Source: a virus
Taxonomy: Duplodnaviria > Heunggongvirae > Uroviricota > Caudoviricetes
Reading direction: 5' to 3' (one strand)
Length of the DNA stretch: 33,490 nucleotides
Virus record (IMG/VR): IMGVR_UViG_2667527975_000008
Of the stretch, positions 9,330 to 18,464 are shown piece by piece. Each line of letters opens with the position of its first letter. The first letter of the stretch is position 1. The position numbers were made by a program, and so were the translations under genes. The notes below the pieces were generated by a model. It made no database searches and was not told the origin of the DNA. It worked only from the letters and a program-made list of their open reading frames with translations.

Positions 9330-9770
9330 ATGAATTACATATATTCCGCGACTACAAACTCTTTCTATCCGCTGGAGATGAAAGAGGATTACACTCAAGC
9401 TGACTCATGGCCAGATGATGCTGTTGAAGTTGATGAGCAAGTGTATATTGAGTTTTCCGGATTACCGCCGAAAGGAAAAATCCGTATCGCTGGAGAAAAT
9501 GGTTTTCCTGCATGGTCTGAAATTCCACCACCAACACATGAGGAACAAATTGCTGCAGCCGAATTGGAGAAGCAGCAATTGATTAATCAGGCCAACGATT
9601 ATATGAACAGTAAACAATGGCCTGGTAAAGCGGCTATTGGTCGTCTGAAAGGTGACGAACTGGCGCAATATAATTTGTGGCTGGATTACCTGGACGCACT
9701 GGAACTGGTCGATACTTCCGGTGCGCCAGATATTGAATGGCCTACGCCTCCGGCAGTTCAGGCCAGATGA
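9330..9770 (+). CDS. Tail fibre assembly protein, alternative copy (tfa', paired with Hv')
   Basis: 146-aa ORF with the conserved N-terminal Tfa region (YIYSATTNSFYP...); converges on and overlaps the 3' end of the opposing tfa. Confidence 0.8.
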   Translation: MNYIYSATTNSFYPLEMKEDYTQADSWPDDAVEVDEQVYIEFSGLPPKGKIRIAGENGFPAWSEIPPPTHEEQIAAAELEKQQLINQANDYMNSKQWPGKAAIGRLKGDELAQYNLWLDYLDALELVDTSGAPDIEWPTPPAVQAR

Positions 9771-10344
9771 CATCCGGCGCGGTGCTGGTATCTGTTGCCG
9801 TCACCGCGTCAATGTAATCCAGCACAGCGTTAAGCCGGGTTGTTTCTGCCTGCGTCAGTTTACGTCCGGCCTGCAATTTCAGTTGAATCAGACTGATGGA
9901 AGCCATTGCAGTATCAATCAGCGACTGGCGCTGTGCTTCTGCTGCATCTACTGCGGCGCTATGCTGTGCCTCAGTATCGGTCACCCATTTCTCACCATCC
10001 CATTTATCGTATGGCGTTAATGGGGCGATAGTGGTTGTATTTTCAGGGTAATCACCCGGAGCGGTGATTTCTTTTGATTCTCCTGTTTTGGTGCTATAGA
10101 CCGTTTCACCGCGATGGTCTGGCACATATTCCCATGAGTTAAAATCTGCAGAACGGCAGATTGCATAACCAGCCTTATGTGTGCCAGGGGCATCTAAACA
10201 GGAACATGCCGGAATGCCGACACCAACGGCAAGATATTCATTTGAAGTGGAAATATATTCCCGTGTTTCACCATCATAGTTATAAACGGTAATATCCCCT
10301 GCCTTTGTTGCAATGAGCTCACTATTTAATATTGCTTTATGCAT
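9742..10344 (-). CDS. G: Tail fibre assembly protein (G-like), in the expressed orientation
   Basis: 200-aa ORF directly downstream of H with stop/start overlap; the C-terminal region resembles that of tfa' (..TSTAPDVIWPELP vs ..TSGAPDIEWPTPP). Confidence 0.8.
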   Translation of the reverse strand: MHKAILNSELIATKAGDITVYNYDGETREYISTSNEYLAVGVGIPACSCLDAPGTHKAGYAICRSADFNSWEYVPDHRGETVYSTKTGESKEITAPGDYPENTTTIAPLTPYDKWDGEKWVTDTEAQHSAAVDAAEAQRQSLIDTAMASISLIQLKLQAGRKLTQAETTRLNAVLDYIDAVTATDTSTAPDVIWPELPEA

Positions 10345-11669
10345 CAGGCTGCCCTCACGATATAGTTAAATGCAATATTACGCGGACGCGTTTCTGAGGC
10401 TGCGGCACCTAAACCAGCCACTGATTGTTTATATGTTTTAAAGGTTCCATAATCCGGTGCTGGTAATCCGGCATCGTTTGTGTTTCCTCTTTTGATAATG
10501 TCAGTGCCACTATTTACCCAGCTTTCATCAAAATAGAAATTAATCGTTGCATCAGTCACAATCGTGGATCTTGACGGTAATCCATGAGCATGATCCTCCG
10601 TTGCATACCCCTGAATACTTAAAATAGAGCGACCTGTATCAATCCCCCGCCCGTCATCCCAGCCACGAATAAACTCACCACGTAAATCAGGCAATTTATT
10701 TGTCGGGTAAACTTTTGCCAGTTCCGGGTATTCTTCAGCAGAAAAAGCTGCACCATTGCATTTCAGCCAGCCTGTTGGCGGAGTGGCTGAAGGCCACGGA
10801 ACAGGGACACCAACAGGTAATGCAGAGCCTTCTCCCAAACCAAGGTATGCGAGAAGACCGGCAACATCCTTTCCACTCAAATGAGTCAGCGTCTCATCCA
10901 GTGGCTGCTTACCTGACAGCGCATTGTTAATGGTGGTACTGAATTTCGGGTCATTGTTAATGGCTGCGGCAATTTCTTTCAGTGTGTCCAGCGTGGCTGG
11001 CGCACCGTTAATCAGAGCGGTAATAGCGGCCTGAACAAACTCAGTGGTCGCAATCCGCGTGGTGTTATTTCCTGCGGCAGGCGTCGGCGCTTTTGGTTCT
11101 CCGGTAAATGTCGGATTATGTTTCTGTGCATACTGGGTATGAGGATCCTGTGCGGCAATGTGGTTTCTCATCTGGTCATCCACATACAGCCTTAATTCCA
11201 GGACTTCATCATCCACGTATTTACGGGTCGCCAGTACCACCGACGGGTCGATTTTCAGCGTAATAGCTTCGGTATTCGTGACAACCAGAATCATGCGGAT
11301 AGTCTGGGTACGACCACTGCCTTCCTGCAACTGCGGTTTGTACGTTTCCGGGCAGTTCGCCACCGCAATGAGTACGCCTTCATCATCATAAAGCCCAATC
11401 TCACGGATCCAGAATCCGCCCTCGTTCTCAGGGATGATTTGCTCCGCAATAATCTGGCTCTGGTTGTTCGGGTCAACACTCAGAAGATTCAGCGGCGCGA
11501 TGCGTTTCTGGTTAATCAGTTTTGTCTGTGCCGGGTCTGGTGTCGGCAAGACACCATTCGCATCACCAACGGCCATTTGCGTCAGATTCAGCTTACTGCC
11601 GAGCATCGTCGCGTTAGCCAGCCGTGCTGCGCCCTGATTAGTCAGAATGGCGTAGTATTTCACTGTCAT
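10344..11669 (-). CDS. H: Tail fibre protein H (constant N-terminus plus invertible C-terminus)
   Basis: 441-aa ORF with the P2 gpH-like N-terminus (MTVKYYAILTNQGAARLANA...); the crossover site lies inside it at about codon 271. Confidence 0.9.
   Translation of the reverse strand: MTVKYYAILTNQGAARLANATMLGSKLNLTQMAVGDANGVLPTPDPAQTKLINQKRIAPLNLLSVDPNNQSQIIAEQIIPENEGGFWIREIGLYDDEGVLIAVANCPETYKPQLQEGSGRTQTIRMILVVTNTEAITLKIDPSVVLATRKYVDDEVLELRLYVDDQMRNHIAAQDPHTQYAQKHNPTFTGEPKAPTPAAGNNTTRIATTEFVQAAITALINGAPATLDTLKEIAAAINNDPKFSTTINNALSGKQPLDETLTHLSGKDVAGLLAYLGLGEGSALPVGVPVPWPSATPPTGWLKCNGAAFSAEEYPELAKVYPTNKLPDLRGEFIRGWDDGRGIDTGRSILSIQGYATEDHAHGLPSRSTIVTDATINFYFDESWVNSGTDIIKRGNTNDAGLPAPDYGTFKTYKQSVAGLGAAASETRPRNIAFNYIVRAA
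10830..10855. repeat. Invertase crossover site, right (inside gene H)
   Basis: ttctcccaaaccaaggtatgcgagaa, inverted relative to the left site; encodes LAYLGLGE in H. Confidence 0.75.
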
Positions 11670-12277
11670 GCGTTTACTCTCAGGTTATCAATTAAATGAA
11701 TGGCCGAGGCCGGGAAATAATCCCCTCCGACAATAATGGCCTCCGGGGTGTAGGGATAAACCGTCAGGGCGTCACCGTGATAGCATCCCGCACCGGCAAA
11801 AATGTTGCCGGTTGTACTTAAACTGATAGCCAGTCCCGTCAGATGGCGGCTTGCCGGTTTTGCATCAGCAACGAGGCGCTCCAGCTCCTGATACATTTCC
11901 TCGGTAATACCCTGCTCAAGCACGCCAACAACGATGCGGAACGTCCCCGGCTCCTCGTTGAGCTGCCACCACTCCCTCACCTCAATCAGATAGCCGAGCG
12001 GCTCCACCACACGGCGGATTGCGCCTATAGTGCCCTTATGGCAGTGAATGAAATACGCATCGCGGATAACAGCGCGTTTTGTCGCTTCCGGCCACTTATC
12101 ATCCCAGCGGTCAACCGAAAATGACCACGCCAGCCACGGCAGCAGATTTGCCGGGCAGGTGTCCGGGTTCCACAGCTCACGAATACTGACCGGTGTTTTT
12201 TCAATTTCCGCACAGGCTTTTGCGGCGGCAACTTCAAGCGGTGATGAGCCGGTCGGCAGCAGTCGCGAATCACTCAT
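11666..12277 (-). CDS. I: Baseplate assembly protein I
   Basis: 203-aa ORF in the gpI position, overlapping the H start. Confidence 0.85.
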   Translation of the reverse strand: MSDSRLLPTGSSPLEVAAAKACAEIEKTPVSIRELWNPDTCPANLLPWLAWSFSVDRWDDKWPEATKRAVIRDAYFIHCHKGTIGAIRRVVEPLGYLIEVREWWQLNEEPGTFRIVVGVLEQGITEEMYQELERLVADAKPASRHLTGLAISLSTTGNIFAGAGCYHGDALTVYPYTPEAIIVGGDYFPASAIHLIDNLRVNA

Positions 12278-13178
12278 CCGGGCCTCCGGTCACGACGCGG
12301 TATTCAGTACAGAAAGACGCCTGCGTATTGTTGAGCACGATGTCAGCCAGAGGTGCAGTCAGTTCGACACGCTGCACGCCTTCCACATGCAAAGCGGCAT
12401 AAATGGCAGACAGACGGATGTCGCGCCCCAGCCGGTGCTGTGCCGTGATATACGCTTCCAGTTTTTTCACGGCGGCAGCGCGAATGGGTTCGCTTTCGGG
12501 ACCAGGGTAAAGATACAGCGTGGCGTTTATCTGGTATTCAACGATGGCGGCAGACTGCACGGTCACGCGGTCGGCCACCGGCCTGACGTCCTCGCCATTA
12601 AGGGCGTTACGCACCACGGCCAGCAGGTCTTCGGATGCGACACCGTTATTTTCGCGAGACAGCACAGAGATGGTGACGCAGGCCGGAGACGGACTGGTGA
12701 CAGAGATATCCGCGACACGCCCGTCGGCACTGCGACCATGATACTGATAGGCTCCCACCGACCCGGCGACGCTTAAGCCCTCAAACGCCTGCTGAATACG
12801 CAGACGATAATCGGTGTCAGACTCCATCACTGCCGGTGTCGGCGGGATAGTCGAATCATCTGCCGGGGTGATAATCAGGCGCGTGGTGTTGTAATTGGCA
12901 CCAATCACATCAAGGTCATTACCGGCGGCACAGGCCAGCATTACCGCCCGTGCGGCCTCATTCACACGCTGACGCCAGATAAGCTCACGATAAGCATTTT
13001 CCTCCAGCAGTTTGACGAGAGGCTCGGATTCCAGCGTCAGGGTACGGGCAACCGCCTCCTGCTGGTCTTCCGGGTAAAGGGAAATCAGTGTCGCCTTGCG
13101 TTCGGCAAGAATGGTTTCAAAGTCCAGCTCCTCGACCACATCCGGTGCGGGTAGCTGGTTCAGGTCGATAATCGGCAT
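12270..13178 (-). CDS. J: Baseplate assembly protein J
   Basis: 302-aa ORF in the gpJ position. Confidence 0.9.
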   Translation of the reverse strand: MPIIDLNQLPAPDVVEELDFETILAERKATLISLYPEDQQEAVARTLTLESEPLVKLLEENAYRELIWRQRVNEAARAVMLACAAGNDLDVIGANYNTTRLIITPADDSTIPPTPAVMESDTDYRLRIQQAFEGLSVAGSVGAYQYHGRSADGRVADISVTSPSPACVTISVLSRENNGVASEDLLAVVRNALNGEDVRPVADRVTVQSAAIVEYQINATLYLYPGPESEPIRAAAVKKLEAYITAQHRLGRDIRLSAIYAALHVEGVQRVELTAPLADIVLNNTQASFCTEYRVVTGGPDE

Positions 13179-13182
13179 GGTT

Positions 13183-13530
13183 TCAACTCACAGGGATGGT
13201 TAACGAAAGTGGCTGGCCGGTGTCGTTGTGCTGACCGGTTAACGTGACCGTCATTCGCCCGTCAAAACTGCGCGCCGTGGTGACGGATGACAGGGTGACG
13301 CGGGGTTCCCATTTCAGCACGGCCATGTAACAGGCGACCTTAATCTGCAACTCAAGCGCCGGGGTCTGCGGCTGGTCAATCATTGACGCCAGCAACGAGC
13401 CGTAATCACGACGCATCACCCGTGAGCCGACCGGTGTGCGCAGGATATCGCCGATACTCTGGCTGATATGCTCAAGGTCAGTGACAGTCAGGCCATCACT
13501 GCGATTCATTCCGAGATAACGCGCTGTCAT
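13183..13530 (-). CDS. W: Baseplate protein W (gp25-like)
   Basis: 115-aa ORF in the gpW position. Confidence 0.9.
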   Translation of the reverse strand: MTARYLGMNRSDGLTVTDLEHISQSIGDILRTPVGSRVMRRDYGSLLASMIDQPQTPALELQIKVACYMAVLKWEPRVTLSSVTTARSFDGRMTVTLTGQHNDTGQPLSLTIPVS

Positions 13531-14162
13531 AGAGGACTCCCGGTTTTGCCGCCGCTGTCGCCGGGGTGTTTATGGGTATGCAGTACTTTACCGTTTGATG
13601 AAAGTTCACCGCCGGTGTGTTCAATGTTGCCGCGCATCGTCCCGCCCTTCTGCACTTCCAGCGTGCCGGTAATCAGCCTGTTGGTGCAGACCACCTCCGG
13701 TGTGTCCAGGGTGACGCGGGTTGATGCTTTCACCATGACCACCGGTACCGTGGCAGTAACAGAATCAGAAGCCGTCACGCTGGCCGTTTTAATTCCGCTT
13801 ACCGTGAGTGCACTGGTTTCAGGTTCATACTCAATCACCGCCCCGTCAGGGAAACGGATATGCAGGGCATCCGCCGACGCCGACGGCGCGGGGTTATCGC
13901 CGGAATAAATCCCCGGCAGAACGAACGCAGTGTCGAGTTCACCGCCCACGGCCAGAATCAGCACCTGTTCCCCCACGGAAGGTGCCCACCATGTGCGCGA
14001 ACGTCCGGCGCGATGGGTCAGCCACTGAAGCCAGTCGGTGCACATGCCGCCGGTTTGCACACGGCAGCGACCGGCGTTAAGGTCGGTTTCGACGATAATG
14101 CCGGTGCGGATCATGTTGCGCAGTGCGCGCGCGAGTTCCTGAATATTTGCGAGAGTGTTCAT
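13527..14162 (-). CDS. V: Baseplate spike protein V
   Basis: Product beginning MNTLANIQELARALRNM...; start set at the ATG at 14162, because the track ORF begins at an upstream TTG (14198). Confidence 0.85.
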   Translation of the reverse strand: MNTLANIQELARALRNMIRTGIIVETDLNAGRCRVQTGGMCTDWLQWLTHRAGRSRTWWAPSVGEQVLILAVGGELDTAFVLPGIYSGDNPAPSASADALHIRFPDGAVIEYEPETSALTVSGIKTASVTASDSVTATVPVVMVKASTRVTLDTPEVVCTNRLITGTLEVQKGGTMRGNIEHTGGELSSNGKVLHTHKHPGDSGGKTGSPL

Positions 14163-14239
14163 AACGGGAAGGATGCCGCTGGACGATACCAGCAGCAATC
14201 ATGGAGGGTTCTGTCAGCTGTGACACAACATAACAAATA

Positions 14240-14995
14240 TTAGTTGTAGCACTTCTCTATAATCTTCATACACTCCTCATGAGCTAAATCATGGCTGTCA
14301 AATTCTTTATTAAAAAAGAAGAAAAACGCCTTCTTAACCTGAGGAATTTCAATAAAAACAAATTCATCAACCTTATGAAAGAAATGAAAACTCTTGTTTG
14401 ATGTTTCAAAAACCATCAAAGAATTATGTTTTTTATCCTTCCATTTCGACATCAGATTGCGTCGCGATTTTCGTATAATCCTGAAGACATCCCCCGGCGT
14501 CGTATCGACATTCCCCCAAAACATTGCAACCGGGAAGTTTGCAAGAAACGGGATATAATCACCACCTTTATACCTGAGAAAGCGGTTCCGCAAATCCATT
14601 AATTGCAACTTAAAACCCATGTATTGCAACCACCATATGATGCAATCATACTCATAATCTGTTAACTCCTCCCCTCTCTTTTCCGTAAGAAATTTCTTCA
14701 GGTTATACTCAAACACTCCCAGCAAATCAGAATTGCACACTCTGCATGCTGGTACAGTGGCTTTAATGTAATGAGTTGACTGATTATTCTTTTTATTAAT
14801 TAAAGATTTTTCAGCATTTGACTCAAAGGCCCACTGAGGAATAATGTGCTCACGAGTAATATCGTCAGAACTCCCGCATAACACACATATATCAGCATTA
14901 TGGTCAGCAATAATACAATCCATAACTTTCTTTTGAGAATGCTTTACTCTTTTTCTCAAAATGGAAAACTTTTTATCCACAAACACCCGTCTCAT
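14240..14995 (-). CDS. HNH-motif nuclease-like cargo protein inserted between S and V (homing endonuclease or defence nuclease)
   Basis: 251-aa ORF, visibly AT-rich (about one-third GC in hand-counted 60-mers). Contains C-x2-C ... E-H-I-I-P ... N ... C-x2-C-N (CVLCGSSDDITREHIIPQW...CRVCNSD), the beta-beta-alpha-Me/HNH signature. Start overlaps the S stop by 4 nt (ATGA). Confidence 0.6.
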   Translation of the reverse strand: MRRVFVDKKFSILRKRVKHSQKKVMDCIIADHNADICVLCGSSDDITREHIIPQWAFESNAEKSLINKKNNQSTHYIKATVPACRVCNSDLLGVFEYNLKKFLTEKRGEELTDYEYDCIIWWLQYMGFKLQLMDLRNRFLRYKGGDYIPFLANFPVAMFWGNVDTTPGDVFRIIRKSRRNLMSKWKDKKHNSLMVFETSNKSFHFFHKVDEFVFIEIPQVKKAFFFFFNKEFDSHDLAHEECMKIIEKCYN

Positions 14996-15450
14996 ATAAC
15001 ATCTTTCGATAGAATCACTAATAACTCCCTTTCTATCAATTGTATAGATTCCTTGTCAAAACCAAATAACTCACGAACAGGATATTCCACCACAGCACTA
15101 TTACGCCCCGGCTTATCCCTAAGCCCTAATTGATGTACTCGCGCAATTCGTTGTACTCCGCTGGCAAACGCCACCACCGCCGCACTCTCGCTACCTGTTG
15201 CTTTCATAAACCGGTTAGTGCGTAATTTCACAAACATTTCCCGCTTTATCCGGCCTTTCTTATTTCGTACTGGTTGGTTTTTTCTCGGTACATACGGCGT
15301 ACCATCCGGGGCTTTTTGTAATTTAATTCGCTGCTGCTGGCGCTGGCGCAGCTTCTTCGCAATATCTACCGCCAGTCGCCGACGCCCTGACGGTGACAGC
15401 GACTCAATCAGTCCGGTCAGCCGGTCTTCAAAACGCTTAAACTCATTCAT
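14992..15450 (-). CDS. S: Tail completion protein S
   Basis: 152-aa ORF in the gpS position downstream of R. Confidence 0.85.
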   Translation of the reverse strand: MNEFKRFEDRLTGLIESLSPSGRRRLAVDIAKKLRQRQQQRIKLQKAPDGTPYVPRKNQPVRNKKGRIKREMFVKLRTNRFMKATGSESAAVVAFASGVQRIARVHQLGLRDKPGRNSAVVEYPVRELFGFDKESIQLIERELLVILSKDVI

Positions 15451-15910
15451 CCCACTTGCTCACCAGTTCACCATTGATATAAAGCTCCATCGGGCGGGTG
15501 ACCGGCTCCGGCGGCGTGGGTTCCGGGATATTCTTCACATGCAGTGCGCCGTCCACCTCACTGACCAGCGTGCGCTCGGTCAGCATCAGGCTGATGCTGA
15601 TATCAAAGCTGCTGTCATTGTTGATGTCTGCATAAAACGTGAAGCCCTTTTTCTGGCCTTCGTCGGTGGTCATGATGTCGGGCTGATTTTCCCGCAGCCA
15701 CGCCAGCACCGGCACAATGAGCAGGTCAAAATCACCGGTAAAGTCGGTCACAATCACATTGAGCGTGTAACGCTTTTCGAATGACAGCGACGTCGCCAGT
15801 GTGGAGGCAATACTCCCGTTATCCACGAATATCCGCAGCATCTCTGGACTGGTTTTCAGCACCGTGACGGCATCAGTCAGCGCCCTGCGCAGGCTGTCGG
15901 GTTTGAGCAT
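15443..15910 (-). CDS. R: Tail completion protein R
   Basis: 155-aa ORF in the gpR position. Confidence 0.9.
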   Translation of the reverse strand: MLKPDSLRRALTDAVTVLKTSPEMLRIFVDNGSIASTLATSLSFEKRYTLNVIVTDFTGDFDLLIVPVLAWLRENQPDIMTTDEGQKKGFTFYADINNDSSFDISISLMLTERTLVSEVDGALHVKNIPEPTPPEPVTRPMELYINGELVSKWDE

Positions 15911-16163
15911 CGTTTTCGTCCTGACAGTGTTTAATCATTTTTACCTGGCTGGCACAGCGTGCCAGCGCGTTCTCAAGCTGCCGGATATCGGCACTTAAAT
16001 CGCCGTTCGTCTGCGGGTCACTGCCCGGCATCGGGCAAAGGCTCACTTTCGGGCAGGCGTTGTGGACAATCACTGGCGTCAGTGCAGGCGGGGCGCTGGT
16101 GCAACCGGCGCACAGCATCAGGCAGGTCAGCACCATACCAGCGGCGAAAATCTTCGTTTTCAT
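15873..16163 (-). CDS. lysC: LysC, Rz1-like outer-membrane spanin lipoprotein
   Basis: 96-aa ORF with signal peptide plus lipobox (LMLCAGC) and a Pro-rich region; starts inside lysB in another frame. Confidence 0.8.
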   Translation of the reverse strand: MKTKIFAAGMVLTCLMLCAGCTSAPPALTPVIVHNACPKVSLCPMPGSDPQTNGDLSADIRQLENALARCASQVKMIKHCQDENDAQTRQPAQGAD

Positions 16164-16443
16164 TCAGTAACCTCGTGATGGTTTTCTCGCGCTGTGCTTC
16201 ACGCTTCGCGGCGTTCTCCAGTTCCTGACGCAGTGCCACCTGCGCCAGCTCGTTTTTGTCTGCCCTGGTGAGGGCAACATGAAGCTGATTTTTCAGCATG
16301 GTGATGGTCGTCTGCTGTTCACTGGCGACGTTGTTCACCCTGTCCAGCGAGGCGCGCAGGCTGGCGTTTTCATGCTTCGCCAGAAACAGCCCCGCCACCG
16401 CCAGCGATAACAACACAACCATCACAATCATCAGCTTTGACAT
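16018..16443 (-). CDS. lysB: LysB, Rz-like inner-membrane spanin
   Basis: 141-aa ORF with an N-terminal transmembrane segment and coiled-coil; P2 lysis cassette position. Confidence 0.85.
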   Translation of the reverse strand: MSKLMIVMVVLLSLAVAGLFLAKHENASLRASLDRVNNVASEQQTTITMLKNQLHVALTRADKNELAQVALRQELENAAKREAQREKTITRLLNENEDFRRWYGADLPDAVRRLHQRPACTDASDCPQRLPESEPLPDAGQ

Positions 16444-16856
16444 GGTTCCCGCCCCTCAAAACGCTGACGACAGGCCGTACGTATCAGCCGGAAGAACACC
16501 GACGCCACGAGGTAAATCAGCGCGGTAAAAATCCACCCGGCAGCGACCAGCGAGATAAACGTCGCCACCATCACCACCAGAGCCGCCGCCCGTCTGCGCC
16601 ACGGCACCGGCTGCAAAAACAGCGACGTGACAATCTTCACGGCCAGCGATTCAGGCGGCAGCTCCCGCCCGTAGCGTTCCAGCACATACTCAGTGGCATA
16701 CACGCCGACACCACCGGCAACCACACAGATAACCGTCGCCAGAATCGCCCAGGTGGCGACAAAACTGACGGCCACGCTCTGCGGGTAAATCAGGGACAGT
16801 GCCAGCATCAGCGCCAGCGACACGTTCAGCATCAGTGAAAGGGATAATTTCTTCAT
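16431..16856 (-). CDS. lysA: LysA, membrane lysis-timing protein
   Basis: 141-aa multi-pass hydrophobic ORF between K and lysB. Confidence 0.8.
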   Translation of the reverse strand: MKKLSLSLMLNVSLALMLALSLIYPQSVAVSFVATWAILATVICVVAGGVGVYATEYVLERYGRELPPESLAVKIVTSLFLQPVPWRRRAAALVVMVATFISLVAAGWIFTALIYLVASVFFRLIRTACRQRFEGREPCQS

Positions 16857-16870
16857 GGTGTTTACTCCGT

Positions 16871-17368
16871 TTAAGCCGGTACGCCGCCAGCGGTACGCCA
16901 GACGGTGACCAGTTTTTCCAGTGAATGCTCACGCTGACCGTAACCGGCACCCGGCAGGGACGCCCAGATATTGCGACAGCGTGAAATGGCTCGCTCAATG
17001 CGTCCCGCCCGGATGTCATCCAGTGCACCGCGTTCGCGGATCAACTGAATGGCAAGTCTGTCCTGTGACAACGGACTGAAATCCGGCAGGGCAAGCTGTT
17101 TGCGGTAATGCGGCCAGAACAGGTAAAGCTGCTGATAGCGACCGGAGGCCGTGGATTTTTCACCGCGACGGTTAAACACCTTCGCCGGTCGGCCATGTGC
17201 GAACGGGTGGTCACTGTAGTCGGTGAAGATTTCCGGCTTCCCGTCCAGTCCGGTGACTATCACGTCATAGCCCCGGTTTTTCGTCAGCGGGTGATTCGCC
17301 GTCCCTTCGGACACGGCCAGCATGTCGAGAAAGGCAGCGATATTCTGATGCGTGTTAATTACCGGCAT
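16871..17368 (-). CDS. K: Endolysin K
   Basis: 165-aa ORF in the gpK position after the holin. Confidence 0.85.
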   Translation of the reverse strand: MPVINTHQNIAAFLDMLAVSEGTANHPLTKNRGYDVIVTGLDGKPEIFTDYSDHPFAHGRPAKVFNRRGEKSTASGRYQQLYLFWPHYRKQLALPDFSPLSQDRLAIQLIRERGALDDIRAGRIERAISRCRNIWASLPGAGYGQREHSLEKLVTVWRTAGGVPA

Positions 17369-17649
17369 TACTGTTTCCCCCTGCCCTTAAAGCGGCGCTG
17401 AATGGCAATCTCAATCACCTGATAACCGGCGATACCCAGCATGGAGCCGATGCCGCACACCGCAGGCAGTGACAGGTCAGGAAACTGCACCAGAACAACA
17501 CCGGCAACCATCGAGACAAAACCACCGAGCAACATGCGCCCGATAAACAGACGCGGGGTGATGGGTTCACCACCGGCAAGCACCTTGCCGACAACAATCA
17601 GCACCCCAATCATGAAAAGCGACAGGACGCTTTTTTCTTCTGCTGTCAT
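17368..17649 (-). CDS. Y: Holin Y
   Basis: 93-aa ORF with transmembrane segments and a charged C-terminus; position between X and K. Confidence 0.85.
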   Translation of the reverse strand: MTAEEKSVLSLFMIGVLIVVGKVLAGGEPITPRLFIGRMLLGGFVSMVAGVVLVQFPDLSLPAVCGIGSMLGIAGYQVIEIAIQRRFKGRGKQ

Positions 17650-17652
17650 GCG

Positions 17653-17856
17653 TTACTCCCACAGATTGACAGTTTCAGCCACGGGCGCGGTCTGAACGTC
17701 GGGCAGTTCGACGGCGGTGCTGTGCGGCAGCACCGCACCCAGTTCAGCCAGTCCCGGATTTGCGGCGAGCACGGTCTCAACCACGCCCCCAGTGCGCCCG
17801 TAATACCGGACACAGATGGCGTCGAGCGTGTCGCCCTGTAGCGCAAAGGTCTTCAT
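17653..17856 (-). CDS. X: Tail protein X (LysM-like)
   Basis: 67-aa product MKTFALQGDTLDAICVRYYGRT...; start at the internal Met, overlapping the L stop. Confidence 0.85.
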   Translation of the reverse strand: MKTFALQGDTLDAICVRYYGRTGGVVETVLAANPGLAELGAVLPHSTAVELPDVQTAPVAETVNLWE

Positions 17857-18365
17857 CAGATTTGACTCACGATGCAGCGTGGCTTGTCCTGGATACGCGC
17901 CACTGCCCAGCGCATATCCCGCCACAGCTCATCAATGGTGCTGTCAATGCTGTCGGCCTTCTTGTCGCCTTTCGCACTGGCATCCACGCCGCGATAACGC
18001 TCATAAAGCGACGCGGTCGCCATCGCACACACGGCGCGCTCGTAGTAAAAAACTTTGATGCTTTCACCGTCGATATCGTCTGCCGGAACGTCCGCCAGAC
18101 GCGTAAAACCGGCGGCAATTTTCTGTTCGCGGTACTCGTACAGCTCCGCATTTGTTTCCGCCATGCCTGACTTGATGGCCTCACGCAGACGGGCGGGGGC
18201 GACGGTCTGCTCAAGGCGCATACGTTCCCGGACGCGCTTCGGGTCGATATCGGGAAAAAAGAACGTGTTTTTAATCACCGGCTCGTCGCCTGCCGGTTGC
18301 GGGATGACCACCGTACCCTCACCGGACACGGGAGCCTCCTTTCGCGGAATAATCAGCGTCATCAT
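17856..18365 (-). CDS. L: Capsid completion protein L
   Basis: 169-aa product MMTLIIPRKEAPVSGEG...; the track ORF is extended at the N-terminus. Confidence 0.85.
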   Translation of the reverse strand: MMTLIIPRKEAPVSGEGTVVIPQPAGDEPVIKNTFFFPDIDPKRVRERMRLEQTVAPARLREAIKSGMAETNAELYEYREQKIAAGFTRLADVPADDIDGESIKVFYYERAVCAMATASLYERYRGVDASAKGDKKADSIDSTIDELWRDMRWAVARIQDKPRCIVSQI

Positions 18366-18464
18366 GACTACCTCTGAAAAGTCGGGCGGTGGACGCCGGT
18401 GCAGTGTCAGGTGATTCACCCTCACTGACCGGCGTGCCGCCCTGGCGCGGGGCGCATTCGGTTG

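Noticed and set aside
12048-12776. 242-aa plus-strand ORF overlapping I and J
   Set aside because: It is antisense to two conserved baseplate genes and has no independent support.
14992-14995. Possibility that the HNH ORF is a C-terminal extension of S
   Set aside because: S ends at a stop that overlaps the HNH start codon (ATGA), and composition shifts abruptly to AT-rich at that point; these are two separate genes.
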